64,000 nucleotides of DNA from Candidatus Aminicenantes bacterium (GTDB lineage Bacteria > Acidobacteriota > Aminicenantia > Aminicenantales > Saccharicenantaceae): positions 5,337 to 69,336 of the forward strand of contig CAVSAI010000031.1 of the NCBI GenBank assembly GCA_963725825.1. The letters are read 5' to 3'. Made by a program: the position numbers and the translations under genes. Shown here piece after piece: positions 45,740 to 54,109 of the stretch. Below the pieces are notes generated by a model, which saw only the letters and a list, made by a program, of their open reading frames with translations, had not been told where the DNA came from and ran no database searches. The first letter of the stretch is position 1. Each line of letters opens with the position of its first letter.

Positions 45740-48124
45740 ATGACGAAGAGAACGGTTCTGATCTGGGGCCTTCTCCTCGCCCTTGCCCTGCCGTTGACCC
45801 CGGAGATCTTCTATCCCTGGAAGGAGACCTACGTCGGGGCGCTTGACGCGTCCGGATGGCCCGGTTTGGTCATCGCGCCGACCCGGGATTCGGCCTTCGC
45901 GTTCGTCTTGAGGGTCGAACGGGAAGAGGAGGCGGCCGAGGGCGGGGATTTCTATTATCTCGTCTCCGAGGTCGGCGCCCATTCTCCCGACGGGCTCTAT
46001 TCCCGGATGCGCTTCGATCTCGGACTGCCGTTCAAGCTGGGCCGGGCGACGCCCATCCTGATGAAGCCTTCGCCGCGGCGCCAGGCCCTGACGATCGAGT
46101 GGTCCCGGCGGGACGAAAGGACCGTTATCGGCCGCATCGTCTGCCCCGAAGGCGTCCGTGTCACCATGGTCCATTATTTTCCCTGGGGCGGCAGGGGTGA
46201 GTTCAAGCTCCTTCCCGACGGTGAGGTCCATGGCCGCTCCGCGGCTCCCTCAAGTCCCTCCTATCTCATCTGGAGCAGCAGGCCCGGAGAGGCGGCGGCC
46301 GCGTCGCCCGGAGGCCTGGCCCGGGCCTATGCTCTCGGTGACGACCGCACTCTGGCGTTCGCGGCCGGCGTCGGGGACACCGACGGGCTCGTGGCCGCCC
46401 ATCTCTATCGCTATCGGAACGCCGACACGATCGGGGCGCTTATCGACGAGGAGGCCCAGGTCTATGAGGAGAAACGGGTCAAGATCCGCGGCCTCTACGC
46501 CGGCGTTCCCGAAGCTATCACGAACAGCCTCCACTGGACGGTCCTCTACCAGCCGGGAAGCCACCGCCTCTATATCCCCGCGGGACGGAACTGGATCTTC
46601 CCCCGACCTGACGGCAGGCCGGAGGACTGGACGGTCTACTCCGGCGGGGCGTTCCTGACGCCGCTCGCGCTCGCGCTCGAAAGCCAGAAGCTCGCCATCG
46701 ACGCCCTTCGGGCCGTCCTCGAAACCCAATATCCCAACGGCAACATCCCGAACTGGCGCAGCGGTTCGAGCGGGTCCGGCGATCGGTCCCAGCCTCCGAT
46801 CGGGGCCTTTGTCGCCTTGAAGCTTTTCGAGCGCTTGGGCGACATGGAGATGCTGCGGCACGCTTACCCGTATCTCCAGCGCTGGCACGATTTCTGGACG
46901 GCGCCCCGCCCGAACGGTTCTCCCCGGCGCGACGGCAACGGCGACGGGCTGCTCGAGTGGGGGTCGGACACCGCCCTGGTCGGCAAGAGCGTGCCCTCCT
47001 GGGAGAAAAACGCCTCCGGCCGGATGCGGGCCGGCTGGGAATCCGGCCAGGACGACCTGCCGGACTGGGACGATGTTCCGTTCGATGCGGGGACGGGGAC
47101 GCTGGCGATGAACTGCGTCGACCTGAACTCGCTCTATGCCCTGGACGCCTGGTGTCTGGGAGAGATCGCCAGCGTCCTCGCCCGCCCGGTCGACGTCGAG
47201 CGCTATCGGGGCGAATATGAAAAGATGAAGTCGCGCATCAACGGGATGCTCTGGAACGAGAGAGAAGGGTTCTATTGCGACCGCTATTGGGACGGCCGGT
47301 TCTCGGCCCACAAGCCGGCCTCGGGGTTCCTGCCCCTCCTCGCCCGGATCCCGGACGACTCCCGGGCCCAGCGGATGCTCAAGCATCTCCTCGACCCCAG
47401 GCAGTTCTGGGGCGACTTCGTCATCCCCTCGATCTCCCGTGACGATCCGGCCTTCCGGCCCGAAAGCCAGCAGTCGTGGCGGGGCGCGGTGAGGCCGGCG
47501 ACGAACTATCTCGTCTATCAGGGGCTCCGGGCCTACGGCTTCGACGCCGTGGCCTCCGAGTTCGCCCGGAAGAGCGCCGAGATGTTCCTGAGAAGCTGGC
47601 GGAGCTTCGGCCTCTCGCCGGAGAACTTCGACTCCCTCACCGGCGAGGCCGGGGGGGACCGCTACCAGAGCGGCGGGCCTTTGGCCGCGCTCATCGCGGT
47701 GGAAGAATATCTCGACTTCACGCCGCACGAAGGCTTCCGCTTCGGCATGCTCAAGCCGGACGCCAAGGGCAAGCTCTCGAGGGTCCTTGTCCAGGGCCGC
47801 CATTACGAGGTCGAGGTCTCGAACGGGTCCACGATCCTGCGGGAAGAGGGCGAGACGCTCCTGGCCGTCGACGGAGGCGCGGTCGTCCGCCGCTTCCTGT
47901 ACAACGAGTCGGAAGTGTCATTCGTCATCAAGACCCTGAAGCGGCGCGAGGTCCGGCTGCGCTTTCTGAAGAAGGGCAAGTACCAGCTGCTCGTCGACGG
48001 GCGCGAGATGGACGTCTTTTCGGCCAACGTCCGCAAGTTCGAGGTGCCCGAGGGCGATCACACGGTCCTCATCCAGCTTCTCGAGAACCTCGAGAAGCCG
48101 GATAAGGTTCCGACGTCCCATTGA
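45740..48124 (+). CDS. secreted (alpha/alpha)6-barrel glycoside hydrolase, GH63/GH37-like
   Basis: 794 aa with the signal peptide MTKRTVLIWGLLLALALPL. The C-terminal half has clan GH-G style blocks (DGLLEWGSD, GWESGQDDLPDWDD, NSLYALDAWCL, FYCDRYWDG). The family assignment is tentative. Confidence 0.6.
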   Translation: MTKRTVLIWGLLLALALPLTPEIFYPWKETYVGALDASGWPGLVIAPTRDSAFAFVLRVEREEEAAEGGDFYYLVSEVGAHSPDGLYSRMRFDLGLPFKLGRATPILMKPSPRRQALTIEWSRRDERTVIGRIVCPEGVRVTMVHYFPWGGRGEFKLLPDGEVHGRSAAPSSPSYLIWSSRPGEAAAASPGGLARAYALGDDRTLAFAAGVGDTDGLVAAHLYRYRNADTIGALIDEEAQVYEEKRVKIRGLYAGVPEAITNSLHWTVLYQPGSHRLYIPAGRNWIFPRPDGRPEDWTVYSGGAFLTPLALALESQKLAIDALRAVLETQYPNGNIPNWRSGSSGSGDRSQPPIGAFVALKLFERLGDMEMLRHAYPYLQRWHDFWTAPRPNGSPRRDGNGDGLLEWGSDTALVGKSVPSWEKNASGRMRAGWESGQDDLPDWDDVPFDAGTGTLAMNCVDLNSLYALDAWCLGEIASVLARPVDVERYRGEYEKMKSRINGMLWNEREGFYCDRYWDGRFSAHKPASGFLPLLARIPDDSRAQRMLKHLLDPRQFWGDFVIPSISRDDPAFRPESQQSWRGAVRPATNYLVYQGLRAYGFDAVASEFARKSAEMFLRSWRSFGLSPENFDSLTGEAGGDRYQSGGPLAALIAVEEYLDFTPHEGFRFGMLKPDAKGKLSRVLVQGRHYEVEVSNGSTILREEGETLLAVDGGAVVRRFLYNESEVSFVIKTLKRREVRLRFLKKGKYQLLVDGREMDVFSANVRKFEVPEGDHTVLIQLLENLEKPDKVPTSH

Positions 48125-48140
48125 TCAAGGAGAGTTCTTC

Positions 48141-49217
48141 ATGATGCGCTATTCGAGACGAAATTTCCTGAAGACGGGCGCCGGGGCCGGCGCGGCGGCG
48201 CTTTTCGCCGGACGACTGGCGCCGGCGGCCGGCGTATTGGAAGGACCGCTGAGCGCGGCCCCGGGGACGCCCCGGGTCGTGTCGAGCGGCAACGGGATCC
48301 GGGCCACGGCCAAGGCCATGGACATGCTCCGGGCCGGAGGCGACCCGCTCGACGCCGTCATCGCCGGGGTCAACATCGTCGAGGACGACCCGAACGACAT
48401 GTCCGTCGGCTACGGAGGCCTGCCCAACGAAGACGGCGTGGTCGAGCTCGATTCGTCGGTCATGTACGGCCCGACCCATTCCGCCGGCGCCGTGGCCGCG
48501 CTCCGGAACATCAAGAACCCTTCCAAAGTCGCCCGGCTGGTCATGGAGAGGACCGACCACGTCCTCATCGTCGGCGAGGGGGCCCTCAGGTTCGCCAAGG
48601 CCCACGGCTTCAAGGAAGAGGACCTCCTGACCGAGAAGTCCCACGCGGCCTGGCTGCGCTGGAAGGAGACGATGTCGGACAAGGACAACTGGTTCCCGCC
48701 CAAGGCCGAAAGCCTGCCCCAGGACCTTCGCGAGGTGATGAGCACGCACGGGACGATCAACTGCATCGCCATCGACGCCGCCGGCCGTTTGGCCGGCGTG
48801 ACGACGACGAGCGGCCTGTCCTGGAAGATCGCCGGGCGGGTCGGGGATTCGCCCATCATCGGCGCGGGGCTCTACGTCGATAACGAGATCGGAGCGGCCG
48901 GATCGACAGGACGGGGAGAGGCCAACCTCCAGACCTGCGCCAGCTTCCGGATCGTCGATGCCATGGGACGGGGGAAGAGCCCGGAACAGGCCTGTCTCGA
49001 GGCCTGTCAGGCAGTCGTCGCCAAGACCAGGCTCGTGCCCCGGCTGTGCGATGATCAAGGCCGTCCGATCTTCGGACTCGATTTCTACGCCCTCAATAAG
49101 AAGGGCGAATTCGGCTCGGCCGGCCTCTACCAAGGCGGGAAGTACGCGGTCCACGACGGCGTCGAGAACAAGCTCCGGGACACGGCCTATCTCTACAAGA
49201 CGGAGAGCGGGCGCTGA
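48141..49217 (+). CDS. N4-(beta-N-acetylglucosaminyl)-L-asparaginase / isoaspartyl peptidase (Ntn hydrolase, asparaginase-2 family) with Tat signal
   Basis: MMRYSRRNFLKTGAGAGAAALFA has the SRRxFLK Tat motif. The autoprocessing site is around HGTINCIAID. The GAGLY and STGRGE blocks are present. Confidence 0.8.
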   Translation: MMRYSRRNFLKTGAGAGAAALFAGRLAPAAGVLEGPLSAAPGTPRVVSSGNGIRATAKAMDMLRAGGDPLDAVIAGVNIVEDDPNDMSVGYGGLPNEDGVVELDSSVMYGPTHSAGAVAALRNIKNPSKVARLVMERTDHVLIVGEGALRFAKAHGFKEEDLLTEKSHAAWLRWKETMSDKDNWFPPKAESLPQDLREVMSTHGTINCIAIDAAGRLAGVTTTSGLSWKIAGRVGDSPIIGAGLYVDNEIGAAGSTGRGEANLQTCASFRIVDAMGRGKSPEQACLEACQAVVAKTRLVPRLCDDQGRPIFGLDFYALNKKGEFGSAGLYQGGKYAVHDGVENKLRDTAYLYKTESGR

Positions 49218-49235
49218 CGCCGTCCGCCTCCGGCC

Positions 49236-49877
49236 TCACTCGCGGACGATGATGACGGGATAGCCCTCGCCTGCGAGGCGCCGGGCCAATCCCTGGGCCT
49301 CCCCTTCGCTCGTCCTGACACGGACCCGGAAATACGTGCCGCGTTCGGTCTTCAGGCGGGCGACCACGACTCCCGGGTAGGCGGCGTCGAGGCGGCGCTT
49401 GATCGCATAGGCGCTCTCTTGGACGGAGAAGGCCCCGACCTGGATCCAGACCGTCGCTCGGCCCGGGTCATCAGGGGCCTTGAAGCCGTGCAGGGTTTCG
49501 ATACGGACGCGGCTCGTCCCCGGACCGACGATCCCCAGCACCCTGGCCGCCGCGTAGGAAAGGTCGATCGTCCGGCCCCGGACGAACGGGCCCCGGTCGT
49601 TGATCCGGACGACGGCCGAACGGTCGTTCGCCAGGTTGGTGACCATCACATAGGTCCCGAACGGCAGGGTCCTGTGGGCGGCGGTCATGTCGTTCATGTC
49701 GAAAACTTCCCGGCTCGAGGTCGGGCGGCCGTGGAATTCCTGCCCGTACCACGAGGCGACGCCCGTCTCGACGCCGGGCCCCGGTCCCCGCGGAAGCCGG
49801 GAACAGGCCGCGAAGCCCAGGGCGAGAGCTGCCGTGACCAAGGCCGCGGCCGCCGGGATCCGCCGGACGGTCTTCAT
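49236..49877 (-). CDS. rlpA: septal ring lytic transglycosylase RlpA family lipoprotein (DPBB + SPOR)
   Basis: In-frame ATG at 49877. MKTVRRIPAAAALVTAALALGFAAC contains a lipobox. The DPBB block is GVASWYGQEFHGRPTSSREVF...AAHRTLPFGTYV.V.N..N..S..VRINDRGPF. The C-terminal SPOR-like domain contains WIQVGAFS. Confidence 0.8.
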   Translation of the reverse strand: MKTVRRIPAAAALVTAALALGFAACSRLPRGPGPGVETGVASWYGQEFHGRPTSSREVFDMNDMTAAHRTLPFGTYVMVTNLANDRSAVVRINDRGPFVRGRTIDLSYAAARVLGIVGPGTSRVRIETLHGFKAPDDPGRATVWIQVGAFSVQESAYAIKRRLDAAYPGVVVARLKTERGTYFRVRVRTSEGEAQGLARRLAGEGYPVIIVRE

Positions 49878-49905
49878 CGGCAACCGCCGGGCCCGCAGCC
49901 GGTGG

Positions 49906-50643
49906 TCAGCCAAGGGACCCCGAGAGCCTCTTCTTGAGATAGGTGAAGGCCTCACGCGGCGTCGACACGATGCGGAAGAGGCTCAGATCGTCGGCGCAGA
50001 TCGCGCCCTTCTTGACCATGGAATCAAACTTGATCAGGTCCCGCCAGTAGTCGCCGCCATAGAGCACGAGGGCCATCTCCTTCTTCGAGATCTTGCTCGT
50101 CTGGAGCAAAGTGACGATCTCAAAGAACTCGTCGAGCGTGCCGTAGCCGCCTGGAAAGGCGATGACCGCCTTGGCCTTGTATGTCAGCCAGAACTTGCGC
50201 ATGAAGAAATAATAGAAGGAGAATGACAGCTCCGGCGTGACATAAGGGTTCGGGCTCTGCGGCTGCGGGAGCGAGATGTTCATGCCGATCGTCTTGCCGC
50301 CGGCCCGCATCGCGCCGCGGTTGGCCGCTTCCATGATGCCGGGCCCCGCCCCGGTGCAGACGACGAAATCCTTGCCCTTCGGCGTCTTGAGGCCGATGGC
50401 CCACTTGGCCAGGAGGTAGGCCAGCTCCTCGGCCTCCCAATAATAGCGGTAGAAGGCCGAGTCGGCGTTGGTCGGGTCGGCCTTGGCGGACCCGAGAAAG
50501 AGGATGGTGCTGTTGATCTTGGCTTTGTCCAGCCGGGACATCGGGCTGAGATACTCGCTGAGGATGCGGAGGGTCCGGCCCTCCAGGGACTCCAAAAACT
50601 CGGGATCGTGGAAGGATTCCTCGGGGCGCTCGATTTTCTTCAT
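49906..50643 (-). CDS. LOG family protein (TIGR00730-type nucleotide phosphoribohydrolase)
   Basis: The ATG at 50643 follows a GAGGAGG SD. Motifs: TGAGPGIMEAANRGA and FPGGYGTLDEFFE. Confidence 0.8.
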   Translation of the reverse strand: MKKIERPEESFHDPEFLESLEGRTLRILSEYLSPMSRLDKAKINSTILFLGSAKADPTNADSAFYRYYWEAEELAYLLAKWAIGLKTPKGKDFVVCTGAGPGIMEAANRGAMRAGGKTIGMNISLPQPQSPNPYVTPELSFSFYYFFMRKFWLTYKAKAVIAFPGGYGTLDEFFEIVTLLQTSKISKKEMALVLYGGDYWRDLIKFDSMVKKGAICADDLSLFRIVSTPREAFTYLKKRLSGSLG

Positions 50644-50780
50644 GGTCGGATCGGCCTCCTCGGCACGGGATCGAGGGGATTCTAGCAAATTCCCGCTCAA
50701 GCCCCAAGACCGAGCTTCAGGAAAATGGGGACGCTTCTGTTTTTCCCGAAGTGAAAGACGGACGTGACCATTCTCACGTT

Positions 50781-50809
50781 TTGACTTGGGGAAAGGCGTA
50801 TGTTATCAA
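50781..50809 (+). promoter_or_regulatory. promoter candidate for the purO-like/purH operon
   Basis: TTGACT (50781-50786), a 17-nt spacer ending in TGt, then TATCAA (50804-50809). The ATG is 21 nt downstream, with an AAAGGA SD. Confidence 0.3.
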
Positions 50810-50830
50810 TAGGCGCGAAAGGACGGTCTG

Positions 50831-51565
50831 ATGGACAGCGTGCGAACGAAGCTCGAATCGCTCGAATACCCTGGACGGCTCATCGTCATCGGCGCCGCGC
50901 CCGCGGGCGGCCAGGCCGTGATCCTCTATGCCATCACCGGGCGCTCGCCCTCGAGCCAGGCCCGGAGGCTGGTCCTGCGAAACGGCGGCATCTGGGTCGA
51001 GCCGTCCGATGAGTCGACTCTGCGACAGGGCAACGTCGAGCTTCTCGTCTATCCGGCCGTCCTGTTCGACCGGGCGGGCATCGCCGTTTCGAACGGCAAG
51101 CAGACGACCGACGTTCGCGACCGGCTCGCGGCGGGCGGCGGACCCCTGCCGGCGCTCGCGGCGGCCCTGGCCTCGTGGGATTTCGAACCCGACGCCCCGA
51201 TCTTCACGCCGCGGATCAGCGGCTGCCTCGCCGGCGGCGCCGCCGGCTTGAGCGTCCTGCGGCGCGGGCCTTCGGGGGAAACCCTGCGCAATTATTTCGA
51301 GGCCGGGCTGCGCCCCGGAGAGGGGCGGCTCGTGTCCACCTACGACGGACCGAACGCCGATCCCTTGCCCGTCTTTCACGGCGAGCCCCGGTTCGTCGAC
51401 CTCGCAGGCTCCACGGCCGCGGAGACCGCGGAATCGGCTTACCGGAGCCTCGGCCCGGAGCCGTCGGGAAAGGACTTCCGCGTCGCCGTGGCCTGCGTCT
51501 TCGTTTCGCCCGGCGAACCCGACCGGCCCGACGTCCGCATCATCAACAGGCACGAAAGGATATGA
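50831..51565 (+). CDS. IMP cyclohydrolase, archaeal PurO type
   Basis: YPGRLIVIG....GQAVILYAITGRSPSSQARR, IAVSNGKQTTD and FEPDAPIFTPRISG parallel the Methanocaldococcus PurO blocks YLGRILAVG...AYRVSSRSFPNR, AVVSNGSHTD and YEKDELNTPRIAA. Confidence 0.75.
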   Translation: MDSVRTKLESLEYPGRLIVIGAAPAGGQAVILYAITGRSPSSQARRLVLRNGGIWVEPSDESTLRQGNVELLVYPAVLFDRAGIAVSNGKQTTDVRDRLAAGGGPLPALAAALASWDFEPDAPIFTPRISGCLAGGAAGLSVLRRGPSGETLRNYFEAGLRPGEGRLVSTYDGPNADPLPVFHGEPRFVDLAGSTAAETAESAYRSLGPEPSGKDFRVAVACVFVSPGEPDRPDVRIINRHERI

Positions 51566-51569
51566 CCCG

Positions 51570-52649
51570 ATGAGCAAGCCCGAGCGCACAGCGCGCAGCC
51601 AGTACCTGACCAAGGTCCGGGAGGATTTCCCGGACACGCTCCAGTTGGGCGAGGACACATTCGTCAAGAAGTTCCCCATGCGCTACGGCGAGAACCCCGG
51701 CTATCCGGCGGCCTTCTATCAGGAGACCGGCGCGTCGGGGCCGAACATGGGCCGGCTCGATATCCTGCAGGAAGGGACGAAGGGCCTGAGCTACATCAAC
51801 GTCGGGGACATGGACCTCGGGCAGCGCCTGGCCCGCAAGCTCGTCCAGGTGTTCCCGGGACGCCGCGTCTGCGTCATCATCAAACACGAGATGCCGAGCG
51901 GGGTCGCCCTCGGCGACGATGCCGTCGGGACGTTCGAAAAGGCCTGGAAATGCGACTCTCTCTCCAACTTCGGCGGCGTCGACGTCTTCAGCTACCGCAT
52001 CACGGCGCCCTTGGCCCGTCTCCTCGTCGAAAGCCCGCGCAACGTCGAGGTCGTCTACGCGCCCGATTTCGAGCCGGAGGCGCTCGAAGTGCTGGCGACG
52101 CGCAAGGTCCTCCGGGTGGTCCGGATGGGCGCGCCGCTCGAGGCCCCGGCCGTCGACAACGGGCTCGAGGTCAAGAGGGTGGCCGGAGGGCTCCTTCTTC
52201 AGAAGAGGTTCGATTCCAAGATCGTCTCGCCCGAATCGGTGGACGTCGTCTCCGTGCGCAAGCCGACCCCTGAGGAGATCCAGTCGGCTCTCTTCACCTG
52301 GACGGTGGCCTGTTTTACCCGATCCAACGCCGTCATCATCGGCTCCGCCGACAAGACGCACGGCATCGGCTCCGGCCAGAGAAGCCGGATCGATTCCGCC
52401 GAAGATGCCATCCGGCTCTCGCGCCGCGGCTACGGCCCGGAAGGCTGCGTCATGGCCTCCGACGCCTTCATGCCCTTCCCCGACGTCGTCGAGCTCGCGG
52501 CGAAGAACGGCATCACCGCCATCATCTATCCCCTTGGCTCGGTCAAGGACCAGGAGGTCATCGACAAGGCCAACGAGCTCGGGCTGGCCATGATCATCAC
52601 GCGCAAGCCGGGCGAGCTCGATTCGGAGCGCTGCTTCCTCCACCGCTGA
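51570..52649 (+). CDS. purH: AICAR formyltransferase (PurH C-terminal domain only)
   Basis: 359 aa. Blocks: RYGENPGYPAAFY, IIKHEMPSGVALG, GSGQRSRIDSAE and ASDAFMPFPDVVE, with a C-terminal RCFLHR. No MGS-like IMPCH domain is present. Confidence 0.8.
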   Translation: MSKPERTARSQYLTKVREDFPDTLQLGEDTFVKKFPMRYGENPGYPAAFYQETGASGPNMGRLDILQEGTKGLSYINVGDMDLGQRLARKLVQVFPGRRVCVIIKHEMPSGVALGDDAVGTFEKAWKCDSLSNFGGVDVFSYRITAPLARLLVESPRNVEVVYAPDFEPEALEVLATRKVLRVVRMGAPLEAPAVDNGLEVKRVAGGLLLQKRFDSKIVSPESVDVVSVRKPTPEEIQSALFTWTVACFTRSNAVIIGSADKTHGIGSGQRSRIDSAEDAIRLSRRGYGPEGCVMASDAFMPFPDVVELAAKNGITAIIYPLGSVKDQEVIDKANELGLAMIITRKPGELDSERCFLHR

Positions 52650-52707
52650 GGAAGAGCGGACCGAGGCCGCCGCGGATCCGCCCGCCCGGGACCCGGCAGG
52701 TGTTGCC

Positions 52708-54093
52708 ATGAAAAGAAATATCTCTCGGAAGCTTTGTGTTCTGGCCCTTGCCCTCCTGTCCGCCGGGGCGGGGACCGGGAGGTCCGAGGACTATCGAGCG
52801 GTCGTCGACAAGCTCCGCGAGACCGGCCTCTCCGGAGAGAGGGCCTTCGCTCTGCTCGAAAGGATCACTTCGGTCGGCCCGCGATTGACCGGCTCCCCCC
52901 AGGCCGCGGCGGCGGTCGATCTCGCGCGGGGCCTCATGGAGGAGCTCCGTCTGGCCCGCGTCCATACCGAGCCGGTCGAGGTCGGTCATTGGACCCGAGG
53001 ACATCCGGCCCGGGCCTCGGTCGACGCGACGCCGTCCCGCGCCGGCATCCCCCTGGCCGTCTGCGCCCTCGGCGGGAGCGTCGGCACGCCGGACCGGGGG
53101 ATCACCGCCCTGGTCGTGGAGGTGCGCTCCCTTGCCGAAGCCGCCTCGCTCGGCGCGGCGGCCAAGGGCAAGATCGTCTTTTTCAACAGGCCGATGGACC
53201 GGCGCACGGCGGACCCGTTCGCGGCCTACGGCGCGGCCGCCGACCAGCGCGTCGGGGGAGCGTCAGCGGCGGCCCGCTCGGGAGCGGCCGCGGTCCTCGT
53301 CCGGTCGCTCACGTTCCGCGAGGACCGCTACCCCCATACGGGCATGCTGCGCTACGACCCCGACGCTCCGGCCGTTCCCGCCGCGGCGATCGCCACCGCG
53401 GACGCCGATCTCCTGAGCGCGCTCCTCAAAAAGGAGAAGAGCGTGTCGGTCTCGCTGCGGATGGATTGCCGCAACGAGGGGAAGGTCCTCTCGGCCAACG
53501 TCGTCGCCGAGATCACGGGTTCGGAGCTTCCCTCGGAGATCGTCCTCATCGGCGGCCACCTCGACAGCTGGGACCTCAGCGTGGGCGCCCACGACGACGC
53601 CGCGGGATGTGCCGCGGCTTTGGAAGCGCTGGCGCTGCTCCGCGACCTCGGTCTGCGTCCGCGCCGGACCATCCGGGCCGTCCTGTTCATGGACGAGGAG
53701 TTCGGCGGCACGGGCGGCCGGGCCTACGCGACGGCGCCGGAGAGGCAGGGCGAGCGACACCTGGCCGCCGCCGAATCGGACCGGGGCGGCTTCGTCCCGA
53801 TCGGTCTGGCGGCCGGACGGGACGTGAAAGCCCTCGAGCGGATCTCGCCGTACGCGGAGCTCCTCAAGCCGTTCGGGGTCTCGTTCATCATCCCGGGCGG
53901 GGGAGGGGTCGACGTCGCGCCTCTCATCGCCGGCGGGGCGGTCCCGGCGTCGGTCCTGGTCAATGCCCAGACCTATTTCGACGTCCACCATTCCGCCCTC
54001 GACACCGTCGCGAGCGTCGAGCCGCGGGAGCTCGAGCTCCAGGCCGTCATCCTCGCCGCCCTGGCCTATATCCTGGCCCAGGAAGGCCTCTGA
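52708..54093 (+). CDS. M28 family aminopeptidase with PA domain, secreted
   Basis: Signal peptide MKRNISRKLCVLALALLSAGAG. M28 blocks: IGGHLDSWDLSVGAHDDAAG, FMDEEFGGTGG. Confidence 0.8.
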   Translation: MKRNISRKLCVLALALLSAGAGTGRSEDYRAVVDKLRETGLSGERAFALLERITSVGPRLTGSPQAAAAVDLARGLMEELRLARVHTEPVEVGHWTRGHPARASVDATPSRAGIPLAVCALGGSVGTPDRGITALVVEVRSLAEAASLGAAAKGKIVFFNRPMDRRTADPFAAYGAAADQRVGGASAAARSGAAAVLVRSLTFREDRYPHTGMLRYDPDAPAVPAAAIATADADLLSALLKKEKSVSVSLRMDCRNEGKVLSANVVAEITGSELPSEIVLIGGHLDSWDLSVGAHDDAAGCAAALEALALLRDLGLRPRRTIRAVLFMDEEFGGTGGRAYATAPERQGERHLAAAESDRGGFVPIGLAAGRDVKALERISPYAELLKPFGVSFIIPGGGGVDVAPLIAGGAVPASVLVNAQTYFDVHHSALDTVASVEPRELELQAVILAALAYILAQEGL

Positions 54094-54109
54094 GCGTGGA
54101 GGTTCCCGG

